DNA of 64,000 bases from Octopus sinensis (taxonomy: Eukaryota), in assembly GCF_006345805.1 (NCBI RefSeq), contig NC_043001.1, forward strand, positions 26,908,001-26,972,000. Direction: 5' to 3'. Made by a program: the position numbers and the translations under genes. This document shows positions 1-13,346 of this stretch, piece by piece. Below the pieces are notes generated by a model. That model made no database searches. It had not been told where the DNA came from and worked only from the letters and a program-made list of their open reading frames with translations. How positions within the stretch are numbered: the first letter of the stretch is position 1; every line of letters starts with the position of its first letter.

Positions 1-82
1 AATGAATGACTATGTAAATGTAATCTTAATACACTTTTTTAAAAAAAATATGCTTAGATTTTTCAATTTTTTTTTAATAGAT

Positions 83-103
83 ATAACTTCAATATATATA
101 TAT

Positions 104-146
<43 letters not shown>
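83..146. repeat. (TA)n microsatellite, representative of many TA/CA/GA/ATT arrays
   Basis: Others at about 20521, 42446, 43289, 44121, 49518 (AG), 53607 (TG), 54244 (ATT), 57358, 59160 and 59320. Confidence 0.95.
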
Positions 147-152
<6 letters not shown>

Positions 153-3100
153 ACTACCTTATAGCTACATTCAATTAAAATTGAAATCTATATTTTTTAA
201 AATTTACTGTTTCATGGGATTCTTGTTAAAGCATCATTTAATTTTATAGGCAGTAGTAATAGTTGTTAATCTGTTATATTCACTGTTGATATTTTCTATA
301 AAGAAAATCTTTATTTTATTAATTATTAGCTTGAACATTCAACACCCACCGCTTTTCCCCAAGACCTTAATAATTTACTTGTCCACTGTTATCAATTTCT
401 AAGGTGGACTTGCATTATCAATCTAGTGTTATCTCCGACACCATCTGAAAGCTAAATATTGCTTCTAATGAAACCAAAGTTAACCTTTGTTGCTAATTAA
501 GCACAACTCATTTCTTAAGAACATTCTAGCATAAAACTGATTATTTTTGGGCATTCGCAAAGTTACTCAAAGTTTTGTCTTTCATTATTTATTGTTTTTC
601 TTATATGCGAAACATTTCTTGTATTTTATAATTATTACTGAACAGTCCTTGCAGAATTCTACTTCGAAATAGTAGTTGATGTCAAGATAAGAAATAATTT
701 TTTTTCTCAATTGTTAAGGTGACTAAAATTTGTTTTTGAAGATAGACGAACAGTGTATTTATAGTTTGGTACCTCAAAATTGCGCAGCACTTTATAATAT
801 ATCCAACTAGTTGAACATATTCATTACCTTGCATGGTTTCAATTTTTTTCTCAATGTTTAAGCTACCGGGCACTATTTGTTGTAAAACTTGCACAACACA
901 GAATTTTTTACAATTATTGAACCAGCAAAACAATCTTTAATGATGTGTGTAATTGGTTTAAATTTACTTTATATGGTATTCAGATGGTCTCCGTTTATCA
1001 TTAGCTAAGTATATAATCAAAATGGCTTTTTCGTGTTGATACCTCGAGATGTTTGGTTTTTCACGGAAATTTAGTCACCGAATTGAAAAACATCGGCAAT
1101 GATCAACTCTGAAGTTATTTTTGTGATGAACATTTGGAAATACTATTAATATAACATGCAATGTTTCTAACCTCAAAATATGACATGAAGATATATATAT
1201 GAGACAAAAACTTATTAAAGTAAAGAATTATGTGTCTAACCTGCTGAATATTGTAATTTTGATATGTGTTTGTTTGCGGGTGTGCAACGGTATAACAATT
1301 CCCCACCATCCCCACTTTTTTTGTTACTTTGGTTGGCAGTTTGTTTTCGCCAAAAAACTTACCTGTTTGATTGAATTGATTAAATTCTTCAATTATGATC
1401 CTAAAAATAACTATATAGTCACTGACATCTGGCTGCTAAGGAATTATTTTCTAATTTATTTAAATGTAAGCAGAGATTTCTCAGCCAGCAACCAGTGCCA
1501 TTTTTGAAATTCTGAGGTAGATTAAATGAGTTGTCAGACGAAATCCTGTTCCAGGCATTGTATTATGCTGTTATTATTCTACTTGTTTAAACTCACCTAA
1601 TTTAGAAAAATGTTCCTGGTTTATGTTAGGAATGGTAACCCTGCTGTAAAACACTTGGACTTCAACATTTAGGTCATGTTGGAATCTGCTGTACAATTTT
1701 ACTTGGATAAACTATTATAAAAATATTTTGAAGAATACCTCCCTCTTTTTTTCTATTTTGGTGGTTTAGATTCAGCAACCACTAATAATCTTAAAGCACC
1801 TTAGCCATTCTTGGTGCAATAGATGAAAACTACATCAGGTGTTCAATAGCTATGCCTAAATATTCTTGATATCATCATTTAATATGTCTTCCATGCTGGC
1901 ATGGGTGGGTTGGTTGGTTTGACAGGTGGTAAGCTAGAGAACTGCACCAGGTTTCACTGTTTTGACATGGCTTATACACCTGGATGCCCTTTCTAATGCC
2001 AACCACTTTACAGAGTAGACTGGGTGTTGGTAACGTTAACAATTTTAGCTTGTTTCTTGACAAGAGCTTGGCTTGTGCTGTAGTTGACTTCTAGCTTCAC
2101 ATCTTAGATCCCATATTAAATACATCAGATCCTTAGACTGATTCTCCCACAACTTTTGTACTCCTCTCTCCTCCCAACATGAATCTATAAATCTACAGTT
2201 TTTGTAAATGCCTCTCCGTCTCAGACTAAAACTTTAAAAGTAACCTTTAAGACCTATACAAAAGGTTACAAGTACCGTCCACCTTTTCCAATTTAACAGA
2301 TAAATGACTGATATGCAGAACTTCCCATTTTTTTCTACATATCCAAATTAAATTTCGTTTTCACACCCAAATGCATGATTGTATTTTTTGATATCCTTTT
2401 ATAAGTTAAAAAAATTTTTTTATACGTTTTTTCTTGATCCTTTTGATACCAACCCTGCTGAAATTACGTCTGGCTCTGTAGTACAAATGTTTTGTTTTCA
2501 AACAGTCTGAATTAAAATCTTCCAAACCTCAGTCTTTGTTCCTAACACCATCTTAATGATAATTATTTTACTAAATTCTTTGTTTAGAATTAATTGAAAG
2601 AGCATCTCAACAGAAATATGGTAACAAAAAGGTTAAAGAGTTGAGTTGACAGAAATAAGTATTTAGCTATTTAAATGTTCCATATTTTTAATCTACATTC
2701 TGACTTCAAATCATGTTCACTTTGCCTTCCCTAACTCCAAGGCCAATAAAATTAATTCATCAATCATATCTTTTTCTCTGAAGAGATAAAAACTTGGTCA
2801 TGAGCTTCTGTAAGTGATCAAACTATCCTTTAAATCTCTTAGAATTGTTTTACCCTTCCAATTTGGGAAAACAATTGTTAAAACGTAATGGTGGTGATGA
2901 GTGCATATGATGATGATATATTTTTATCATAGAGTTCAAATAGTTACTAGTCAAATTATTTAACTACCATTCTTAGGATACATTACTGTATAGTTGAACT
3001 AAAAGCCATTGTGTATATTTCCAATATTTCATTGTACAGAATGCAGTTTGAAAGCATGTCAGGTTATATCGAATCCAGTTTGATATTGTCTAAGTTATTT

Positions 3101-6100
3101 TCTAATCATTAAGGATTACCATATTTATAAGTTCAGCTGCAACTAAGTTTTCGTAACTTAGTTGCTATGTTAATAAGTGCATCATATCTAGTAACTGGTA
3201 TAGATGTTGGTTGATTTCTCCAGACATGCTTACATAGGAAGGAATGAGAAACAACATAAGGGGTGCACAACATTTAGGTCATGTTGGAACATACTGCACA
3301 AAAATATTTTGAAGAATGCCTCCACCAATAAATATCCCCGTTTTTCACTTTTTCTATTTTGGTGGTTTAGACTCAGCAACCAGTAATAATCTTAAAGCAC
3401 CTTAGCCATTCTTGGTGCAATAATAGATGAAAACTTCATCAGGTGTTCAAAAGTTATGCCTAAATATTCCTGGCAGTTAAAAAAAATACTCAGTGAAGGA
3501 AGCATGAAGGATAGGGAATGCATATAATGAACTTGCTCTTGTTGGTTTCAATGTATAGGGATTTGATAACCTACACTTTGCCAGTCATATTTTATGACGA
3601 AAGTAACATTTAAGTCCCAGTGAATTTCCCATTAAATAAAATCAACACAATCTTGTTCATTTTTTAAAAATATTTTATCAGTTACATTTAATTTTAAGGG
3701 TTAAAAAAAAAAAAAAAAGTATTAATTTCATTTTGTATGAGTGGGTTAAATTATATTTCTTGATATACCCAGTGGTAGAAGGATACTTCCTAAGTTGTCA
3801 TGAGTGGTAACACTAGTATAGTATGGATTTCTCCAGTTTGTGTCTACCTAACTCTACCCTCAACATACACATTTTCCACTTCTGTTCAGGCTTTCTTTTG
3901 TTTCATCTTTCTGTTATCTCACAAAATACTTACCAAAGTTCAGACTTTAGTTCTCTGTAACACAATAGTGTTTCCCTGAAGATCTAGAGGTTAAACAACC
4001 ATAATGGTGAAAAGCAGTTAATCTACCTTTATCTGAAATATTTCTTGATCTCAAGGCTCAATGCACTATGTATTTAATATTATTCAACTGTTTTTTCTGA
4101 AATCGAATTACTACTTTGTTTCAACTATGTATTTATTAAAATATTTTTATGGTTTTAAAGAATTTTTTAAAATAAATTTTGATAAAAAAAAAAAACAATG
4201 AATTTCTTTTGTTTATTAGTCACTAGACTACACCAATGCTGTATTTAAGTTTGGTACTTATTCTACTGGTCATTTTTATTGAACCTTTAAGTTATAGGTG
4301 ATGTAAACAAACCAACACTGCCAAGCAGCAACACACACACAATAGGCTCCTGCAATTTCCATCTAGCAAGTTCACTAAAGCATTTGTTTGCCAGAGTACT
4401 ACTGTAGAACATTGTAACACCTATATATGTATGTGTATATATATATATATATACACATGTATATATATATATATCAGAGTACTGTTCTAGCAACTTTTGT
4501 TCAGTTTGGAGTTGTATAGAATTTTGACTGTATGAAGAATATGGAAGGAAAATAATTCCAGAGCCAGCAATTGTATTTTACTTGGATTTTGTCATCATTT
4601 AAAGGGTTGTTAGCATGAAACAAGATTATTAATGCAGCATAAGTCACTTTGTTCTACTTAGTGTAATAGTGAAGGCACATGGCTTAGTGGTTAGAGTATT
4701 TGGTTCACAATCTTAGGATGTGAGTTTGATACTTAGCAGTGGATTGTCCCAGAGCATGATACCTTATTTCACATTTCTCCAGACTACTCAGCTGGCAAAA
4801 TGAATTGTACCTGTAATTCAGAGCATTGTTGAATCTTCCAGCGAACTCTGTTGTGTCTGCACAAAATTTCCTTGGATGCTCTAGTTGACACCACAAGTAT
4901 GCTTTCTAATCAGTACATTTAATGTACATACAATATCTTTGTACATCCTCCACATTCATAATCTGTTTTGCAATCATGCATTACATAATGTTCCTTTCAC
5001 TGAGAAGGAGGCTCCCTTCATTGCTGGCAAAAGTAATACCTACCTCAATTTAGTCACCATGTCCTTATACTTTGGCTGTCAACTTCTAGGCATTTGAAGG
5101 TACCCATTGCTAATTAAATTTGTGTATACAGAATCTTTCCACCAGCCAGTCATAATATACCAATTTTATTCTGTAGGCTTTGCTTCTATACTCGGAATTT
5201 GCTCCTAATTAACTGATTTGTTTGACTTTCTGTAGAATTGCACCCAGACCAACAAATTTCTGGCCTATAATGATGATTACTAATTCGTTCCTTGAACTAC
5301 ATGATCAAAACTTTGCAAGAGATTCAATTTCAGTCATAAAAAAAATCTTTACCAGGTTATTTAACTGCTAATCAGCCCTATGATCTAAGTTATTTCCAGC
5401 TGTGATAATATATTTCCTCAGAGAGTAAATCTAAGACTGCCAAAACATACTTCTACTTAACTACCCTAGCCATGGTTAAGCTTTTCTAAACCCGAATTTC
5501 TTCAGCTAAGTTTGTAAAATCCTATCTCTAACAATGCCAAATGTATAGGTTAAGATCCAAATTATTGTGCTTTGTTCTAATCTCTCGTAACATATCCGAA
5601 TGCTCTCCTCCCTTCTCAGTCAGATTTGATTGTGAACCATAAATGGCCTCAAATCTAAAGCCACAATACTGCAATCTGCTCAAAACTGCTTCACATATAC
5701 CTTTAAGGAAATGACTACGGTTAATTCTTATGACCAATTCTCAGATTTAGAACACTGTTGATCCCTAGACCACAACCTAATCTACTTTTTAGGACTTTGT
5801 AGACTGGCACATTTGTGCTGTATCTCCTCTGTACCTAACTATTCTATTGATGTTCTAAAGTCTTTCCTTCTCCAATTAATTCAATAAACTGTCCCATTAC
5901 CTGCAAATGGTGTGCAACAGAGCTACTTTTTCTCTTGAAGATGCCATTTCTAACCAGCAAACATGGTCATTCTAGAGGAAACAGTGATGTTTCACTCTTG
6001 TTACCATAAATGCTGTAGTCATCTATAGAGCTTGCTTCAAATCACCTCTATAATACTCTTGCAAGCACCTTAGAAATTCGTTTGTAATGCAGAGATAGCA

Positions 6101-6494
6101 TCAAGCTCTTGTTGGAAACAGTAGGAATAATCAAATAAGCATTGCCAGGAAATTGAACAAACCCAAATCGCATGCACAAACGTTCAAGGTGACTACTCTA
6201 TTGGTCAGAAAAACATAAAATATTACGTTTTGTTCTAATAAACAAACTGTGATTATTAAATGAAACCTATTCTTAAATTGCAGTACTCACCCAGTCACAA
6301 TTGTAAACTCATGCTTTACATTGGCAAAGCATATACATCTATTAAGAACCTTTTACAAAATTATTTCTGACTCCCAACATACAAAATTCACTTCACAATG
6401 TCTCACTCAAAAGCTATATTATGACAGATGAATCTTTGTATTTGAGAAACAATACTTCTGCCCTTCAGAATGAATCCTTACCAGAAAGGTATAA

Positions 6495-6715
6495 GGCAGC
6501 GAGCTGGCAGAAACGCTAGCATGCCAGGCGAAATGCCTAGCGGTATTTTGTCTGCCGCTACGTTCTGAGTTCAAATTCCGCCAAAGTCGACTTTGCCTTT
6601 CATCCTCGATAAATTAAGTATCAGTTATGTATTGAGGTCGACGCAATCGACTTAATCCCTTTGCCTGTCCCCTCTATGTTTAGCCCCTTGTGGGCAATAA
6701 AGAAATAAGAAAAGG
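6495..6715 (+). repeat. tRNA-derived SINE, family 2
   Basis: gagctggcagaaacg..ttctgagttcaaattccgcc..; copies about 29175-29365, 50030-50210, 55010-55230, 55810-56010, 59905-60330(-), 61015-61765. Confidence 0.85.
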
Positions 6716-7114
6716 TATGTCTTACTGGTTACTATTGAAACATCCATTTCCATTGATGATTAAATGACATAAGTAACAAAAGATATGAACTACATTTAGG
6801 AAGCCCTAACATAACTACAGAAAATGATTATACATAAGTATATCAAACACCAATTTCCATAATTGAAGTTGGTGCCAATGTAATATAATGAGCAAAAAAT
6901 GTTTAATGATCAAATGATGCTTTATCTTTAATAGGTGGCTTCATCAAAAGTAGACATTAGACAAACAACCAATGAAATATGTTACGGAGGTGGTGGTGAT
7001 AGAGGACATTTTGCATGTGGTTGTTGAAATAACAATGAATTCACCAAATAATTTACAAATGAAATTTGGTGCTTCACAAAATAAAATATAGTTGGAATAA
7101 CTTCAGAAAAATAC

Positions 7115-7184
7115 AGATACCAGGAACAACTTTATTCCACAGTAAAAACAGATATCAAACAGATGCCCGGGATCATTCTCCTCA
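7115..7184 (-). other. RPS24: RPS24 terminal exon (TGA stop plus short 3' UTR)
   Basis: Strong acceptor ctaatttttctttttcttttttctttccag|TGA; AATAAA at 7131-7136 (minus). The 3' end position is estimated. Confidence 0.8.
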
Positions 7185-10100
7185 CTGGAAAGAAAAAAGA
7201 AAAAGAAAAATTAGAAAACCATTCAAGCAGAAACTACAGTTTAAATTCCCAATGAATTTCAAAATGAAGTGTATATATATATATACACACACACATCAGC
7301 AAACGATGTTAGTAAAAATAACCCAGTGGTAATACAATGTTATCAAAAAACTCAACACTCCAAACAGCAAATACTTTGCATGCTATAGTAATCATAAAAC
7401 AATTTAATAGTCTTTTAAATCTATTTTACTGATATAACTAATATCGTAATTCTAAATACATATAAACAACACAAAATAAGAAATTGTTACAGGAATTTTA
7501 ACAGAACACTCAATTTCACATCAATTTACCTAACTGTTAAACACCAAATCTCAATGTTACATAAAGTGGGATGATTTAACTTGACGACATTCTCACATCC
7601 ACTCCAAGTTGAGGTTCATACTTCTTGTATGAATATCAGCAACCCTCCTTTTAACGAACTCGTTATCAATTGACTTTTATAGTTGTAAAATCTCTAAGCT
7701 ACTTTTAATATGTGCAGTAGCACTTTTACAACAAAACCAACGTTACTGAGTATATTTAATGGTAAAAGAAAATATACCCAGGAGATTAGTTTTAATTCAA
7801 AACATAAACAAAGTGTATGAGAGCAGGTGATCAGGAAGCAGACTATTTGTGACTTTCAATGCCTACAATTACTGTCACGCACTCTCTGAATTAAATGTTA
7901 AGTTACATACAGAATATGGCAAATTGACAAACAGTGACCAACACTAATTTCACCTTTTATTTCAGAGTACAAATTATGATGTGTGTATTAAAAAATTTTT
8001 TAAACCTTGCTCTGAAGGGTTAATTACCATGGTAAAGTTAAACCCACAAATTTTCAAAGCAAGAGGAACTATATTTACAAACAACATAATGGTACATGGC
8101 AAAAAGTGTAATGCCAGTCATATTTTGTATGTAACATGCAAAAAAAAAAAAAAAAAAGAACACACAACAATACAAACCCTTTCATGTCTGTACAAATATA
8201 ATCTATACAAATTTCTGAAAAGACTTGAAAATTGGCCTGTATAATCCAAAATGAACAAACAGTATTATTTTATGGTTAATTAGAACAACCAAGTTGCTGA
8301 AGCAGTAATTATGAATACATACAACTGCCATTGTACTGTTCCTTTAGGCAATGTATGTATATCTGTCTCAACACATGCAGCTGTGTAAACTAACCAACTC
8401 ATACTTTTAGGTTGAGGGGTTAAAGGCAAGAAAATTGCTAACAGAGCTGCTAAAAAATATGCTCCAGCATTATGCTTGAAGTTCCGAAACCATCATGCCT
8501 AAGTTAGCATGGATAAATGGAAGTACAACAGTTAAAAATTTAAACGAATATTAACAGACATGAAAAAGTCAATGCGTAAAATAAACTATTCTAATACGGT
8601 AGACTGGTGCTAGGAGGTAATTCAGAATAATTTATATGAACAATGAAAACATCAGTTCAAAAGTGGAGCACAACATTCAGGAAACACTGGTGGCATCAAC
8701 ATTAAAACGAAGATATATCAACCATCTTACCAGATATAGAAATAGTAGAATCTTATTTTTTCTAAAAATGAAACAAAATATTTCATGATGTAAAACATAC
8801 CAAAATACAGGAAATACAGCATTATCTACATCACTACTTTAAATGGGAAAGCAGAGTATTGATAATTAGAAAATTACAAAATGAACAACAACAGCTTTCT
8901 TGGAAGAAGCACCGCTCACAAAGAATACTGAAAGCAGACTTTGCTCAATTTACAGCAAAAACACAAAAAAAAAAAACGTTACCTTCTTGCCAGCACCAAT
9001 TTTGGTTTTAGCCACACCCCGTACTTTCTTTTGCCTATTCTTTCTTTCTTTTCTCTGTTTGCGGCTTATCTTTCCCTTCTCATAGAGACCATGCTAAAAG
9101 AAAAACAAAAACCATTCTAATGTTTTCATTTACTTCTACATCTTGAATCTATTTCATCAATTTTTACATTATCCAATTCAATATTAAACAACATATATTT
9201 TTTTACAATTTACAAAGCCTTAGCTAAATGTTGATTCAAATTACACATTTAAAATTCAGGGAAAGAAAAATACATACCCTTGCTAATCTGTGTTTAGGCT
9301 CAAATTTCTTTGCAAAATCTAATGTGTCATATATCATAGCAAACCCCGTACTTCTTCCACCGCCAAATTGTGTCCGGAAACCAAAGCAGAAAATCAGATC
9401 TGGTGTAGTTTTGTATTTAGATGCTAATTTTTCACGGATTTCTGTCTTAGGTACAGTAGCCCGTCCAGGATGTATGACATCTACTACCTAATTGAAAAAA
9501 ATAAAAAATGCAATTCTTTAACATTTCAAGAGAGCATCAACAGATAGCACAGCATAAAACACCTAATTTTCAGACAATATCTGGAAAACCCATGCATAAG
9601 ATATATGTAAATATTAACCATTTGCCTAGATGGTCTCAGTGATAAATTGACTTAAAAGCAATATAAAACATCAGGTGTCAAACCTGTAAGACTTTGCGTG
9701 TTGGATTGAAGTACAAATTAGATCATATAGGCTAGATAGAGACATGTATTATTAAAACCCTATTCATTAAGTAGGTCAGAGGAGTCAAGAATATGTGGTG
9801 CTATATGCAAAACTTTAGAGATGCACTCAAGGTAAAACAAGAGTTTTCAGTCAGCAGGAAGGACAGAACTCAACTGCTGTCAGAAAAGCAGTCATGCTTG
9901 ATGTCCAGAAGAAGAGTGAGTGAGATTTCCAGTATAGCCACAAAACTAGGGATACACAAAGTGAAGTGAGGTGACTAGAGATTTCATATGTAAAAACACA
10001 CACAAGAATGGGTGAACAGTAAAAGTCAGATTAAGGGCTTGAAAAGTCACCCACCCAACAGCTGATGCAGTTTGTTACCTGGGTGACCTCATGAACAATG

Positions 10101-13100
10101 GTGGTAGGTGTTCTAAAAGCATTTCAAGCCAGAATAAGAAAATATTAGAAAATACAAGGGAGATGTCTTCACAGAAAGTGTGCAAGAATTGGAAGGAAAT
10201 GATGTGACCATTCCCTACTGGATAAGTAATGTGTAAAAAATGAGCTGAGGGAAAAATTAGATATTAAGAATCAGAAGTAGTGTAAGAGAAGACTATGCTT
10301 GTACAGCATGGAGGATGCCAGTCTTGTATCTTTCCTTTATATTCAGTCTTAGTCTTAATATTCTGACATTGTAGCTACTCTGACCTGTTACCCCCCCATG
10401 TAAAGAAGGAAAGTATAATTTTGATCTGCCTATATCAAATCCCAATTATTGTTAGCCACTACTCACTGCTTCCCCTACTACATGCCACTCACGTTACTAT
10501 CTAATCTCCTTTTACCGAACAGTGTTTCATCATTATATTCTCTTCCACTGCTCACCTCTATTTGCCAGGGATCAGCATGGCAACATGGTAAAATGATGAA
10601 TCAAGCAACTGAAATATAGTGAACTGGCCAACCCAAAACCATTTGTGAAACCTCCAGTAGTTTTGAGTAGATGAAGCAGTTTTATGTCACTATTCTCTAC
10701 ATCAATGTCATAATTGGCCATAAGATTAAAACATACTATGAAGTGAAAATAGTTTATAGAGAAGGGTCCAGAAAAATTTAACATAAAACGTGCCACTATT
10801 TCTCTCTACAATTAAATAAACTTTATATGGACAAGCCAATGAGGGAGTCTAACCAGCTAGAAATAATCAAATCTCAATGAAACTACACACACAGTTGTAA
10901 AAGAGCTCATCATAAATGCCTACAAATGCAATATGTAACTCAATGTTTTCCCATTCACTGGATGATCATCCGGGATGGCAGACTCACTGGCCATGTAATT
11001 TCAGGTTAACCTTAGAACATAGTTCCATGCATAAGAGCCTCCTACTATAGGTTCAATCCAACCTAAGCATTGTAAGTGAAATTTAAGAGACAGAAACTAT
11101 GTTGAAGCTCATTGAGAAGACTTTCCCTCATTCTGAGAGTGCACGGATGCCTTAAACAGAAGCCTATCTGATGCAAGCCCCCAAGCTGGTTTCCCTGGTC
11201 TGAGAAAAACATCCAGCCAACAGAATGGTGAAATGAAAAACCAAGTGCTGTTTACAGAACCATTATGATTGAAAAGTAGAAGAGATCCCTCTGGCAAGGT
11301 ACCAAAAGGATCAGCTGCAGTTTTGTGAGGCAGAAGTGGCACAGGACTAGTTCTTGTGATGATGGCCCCACATAGTTGTAATGTTAGGTAGCAACCACCC
11401 ATCCATCTTATGGGGATATATGAATTGCTCAAAGCATTGTTCTCTGCCTGAGTGAAGCACATAAAGAACTGTTAATATCAGCCCAGTTATTTAGGTGACA
11501 TCATACAATATGTATAACAAAAAAAGGTAAATACAGTTTAAGAAAGGGATAAATCTCTATATACAATATCTATAAAGTATGAGAAGTAAATTTAAGCTAC
11601 CTTGTAATACCTAAAAAATGAAGACACTTTAGTTGAAGTGTAAGGAATAAAATAATAGAATGAAAGAAGAAAAAAACCCCCAAAAAACCTAATGTTATTT
11701 GTCACGACATTCTCGGAACCACTGAAGAATAAATTCAAAAGCAGCTCGATTTATATGAAGTAATTAATGTAGCTATTTTAAACAAGATCCACATACTATC
11801 TTAAAAAAGACCATGTGGGGCGAAATAGCATTTGACTGAGCCATAAGTATAATTCAAAGAACTTTGCTGTCAATATAACTGAAAACATTTGAAATGGAAG
11901 AGGTTCATCACCCATTTGTATATAATTCTTAAGCATGATTTTCCTACAAGTATAGCTTTTGAGTACCTTTATCCAATTAGAAACACATGAAAGAGGGTAA
12001 AATCAGCTCAGCAGGAATTAAGTTTATTAGAGAAATGATGTTTGCAGCCATATGTTAGTGTTGTAAATGGCACACTGGATATAAGGCAAAAGCAACATAA
12101 CTAATTTTTCACACAGAGAAGAGCAATTAAGAAATATACTATTTTCCCAGCAAAGTATCATTTGAAGAAAAGCAATTTACTAAATACAGAAATAAAAACA
12201 AGGAAAAATTTTCAATAACACAATCAGGAACAATGACAAAACACCCCATACCTGTATGTAGAAATGCTTGCACAATATTGTATGAATAAAGCAACTGTAA
12301 GCTATGTAATTGTTTTAAAAACTCAACACTAACAGTGTTGTGATTAAAGAAAACGAATAAAATGTAACAACGGTTGCGAAACCACAAGGACGAACATTCC
12401 AAGTGGTTCGATTAGATGAAGTAATTTTATGTAGCTATTGTATATATCAATGCCACAATATGCCATAAGACATACCGTGGAGTAAAAATAGCAATTTATA
12501 ATAGAGGGATTTACGAGATTTCATGAGCAACCAGACATGTGTACCACCACTTTACAAAGACGTGCTAGTTTTAAGGTGTACATTCATGTTAGTATTGTAA
12601 ATGGCACACTGGATATAATTCACAAGCAACGTAACTAGGGGAGCATTAAACTAAACAGAGAAATAGAAAAGAGAGAGAGAGAAAAAAAGGCACAATCAGG
12701 AACAATGACAAAGCAACAGTAATTTATTGATGTAGTTGTTTAAAAAACCCAACACCAACTCAATCTGATTAAAGAAAAAGTAAAATCATGTAACAACAGT
12801 TGCGAAACCACTAGGATAAATATTCCAAGAGGTTCGATTAGATGAAGTAATTTTATGTTGCTATTGTATACATCAATGCCACAATATGCCATAAGACATA
12901 CCGTGGAGTAAAAATAGCAATTTATAATAGAGGGATTTATGAGCAACCAGACACATGTACCACCACTTTACGAAAACATGTTAGTTTTAAGATATACATT
13001 CATGTTAGTATTGTAAATGGCACACAGGATATAATTCACAAGCAACGTAACTCATTTTCCCCAGAGAAGAGAGCATTAAACTTAACAGAGAAATAGGAGA

Positions 13101-13314
13101 GAGAGAGAAAAAAAGCACAATCAGGAACAATAACAAAGCAACAGTAATTTATTGATACACCAACCCAATCTGATTAAAGAAAAAGTAAAATCATGTAACA
13201 ACAGTTGCAAAACCACTAGGATAAATATTCCAAGAGGTTCGATTAGATGAAGTAATTTTATGTTGCTATTGTATATACCATAAGATTAAGACATAGAGTG
13301 GAATAAAAATAGCA

Positions 13315-13346
<32 letters not shown>

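Larger units (their letters stand above)
12054..13330. repeat. three tandem duplication units, each carrying one snoRNA-like copy
   Basis: gttagt(g/a)ttgtaaatggcacac recurs at 12054, 12588 and 13004. Confidence 0.85.

Noticed and set aside
340-1315. ORFs 682-933(-), 1115-1315(-) and nearby open frames
   Set aside because: No recognisable domain or consistent splice sites; possibly a decayed element, but I cannot support a call
3139-3165. 11-bp perfect hairpin gcaactaagtt/aacttagttgc
   Set aside because: Too short and isolated to assign a function
5100-6100. Possible decayed LINE on the minus strand (ORF 5528-5737)
   Set aside because: Only a vague resemblance; no clean RT motif
6285-6420. 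Strong minus-strand donor (ctgg|gtgagt at 6290) that could mark another exon
   Set aside because: No convincing coding frame or partner exon in the window
7930-8935. Other possible RPS24 terminal acceptors (about 8929 giving YSL*, about 8215 giving KFV*)
   Set aside because: The first needs an intron of only about 54 nt; the second has a weaker context than the 7184 exon
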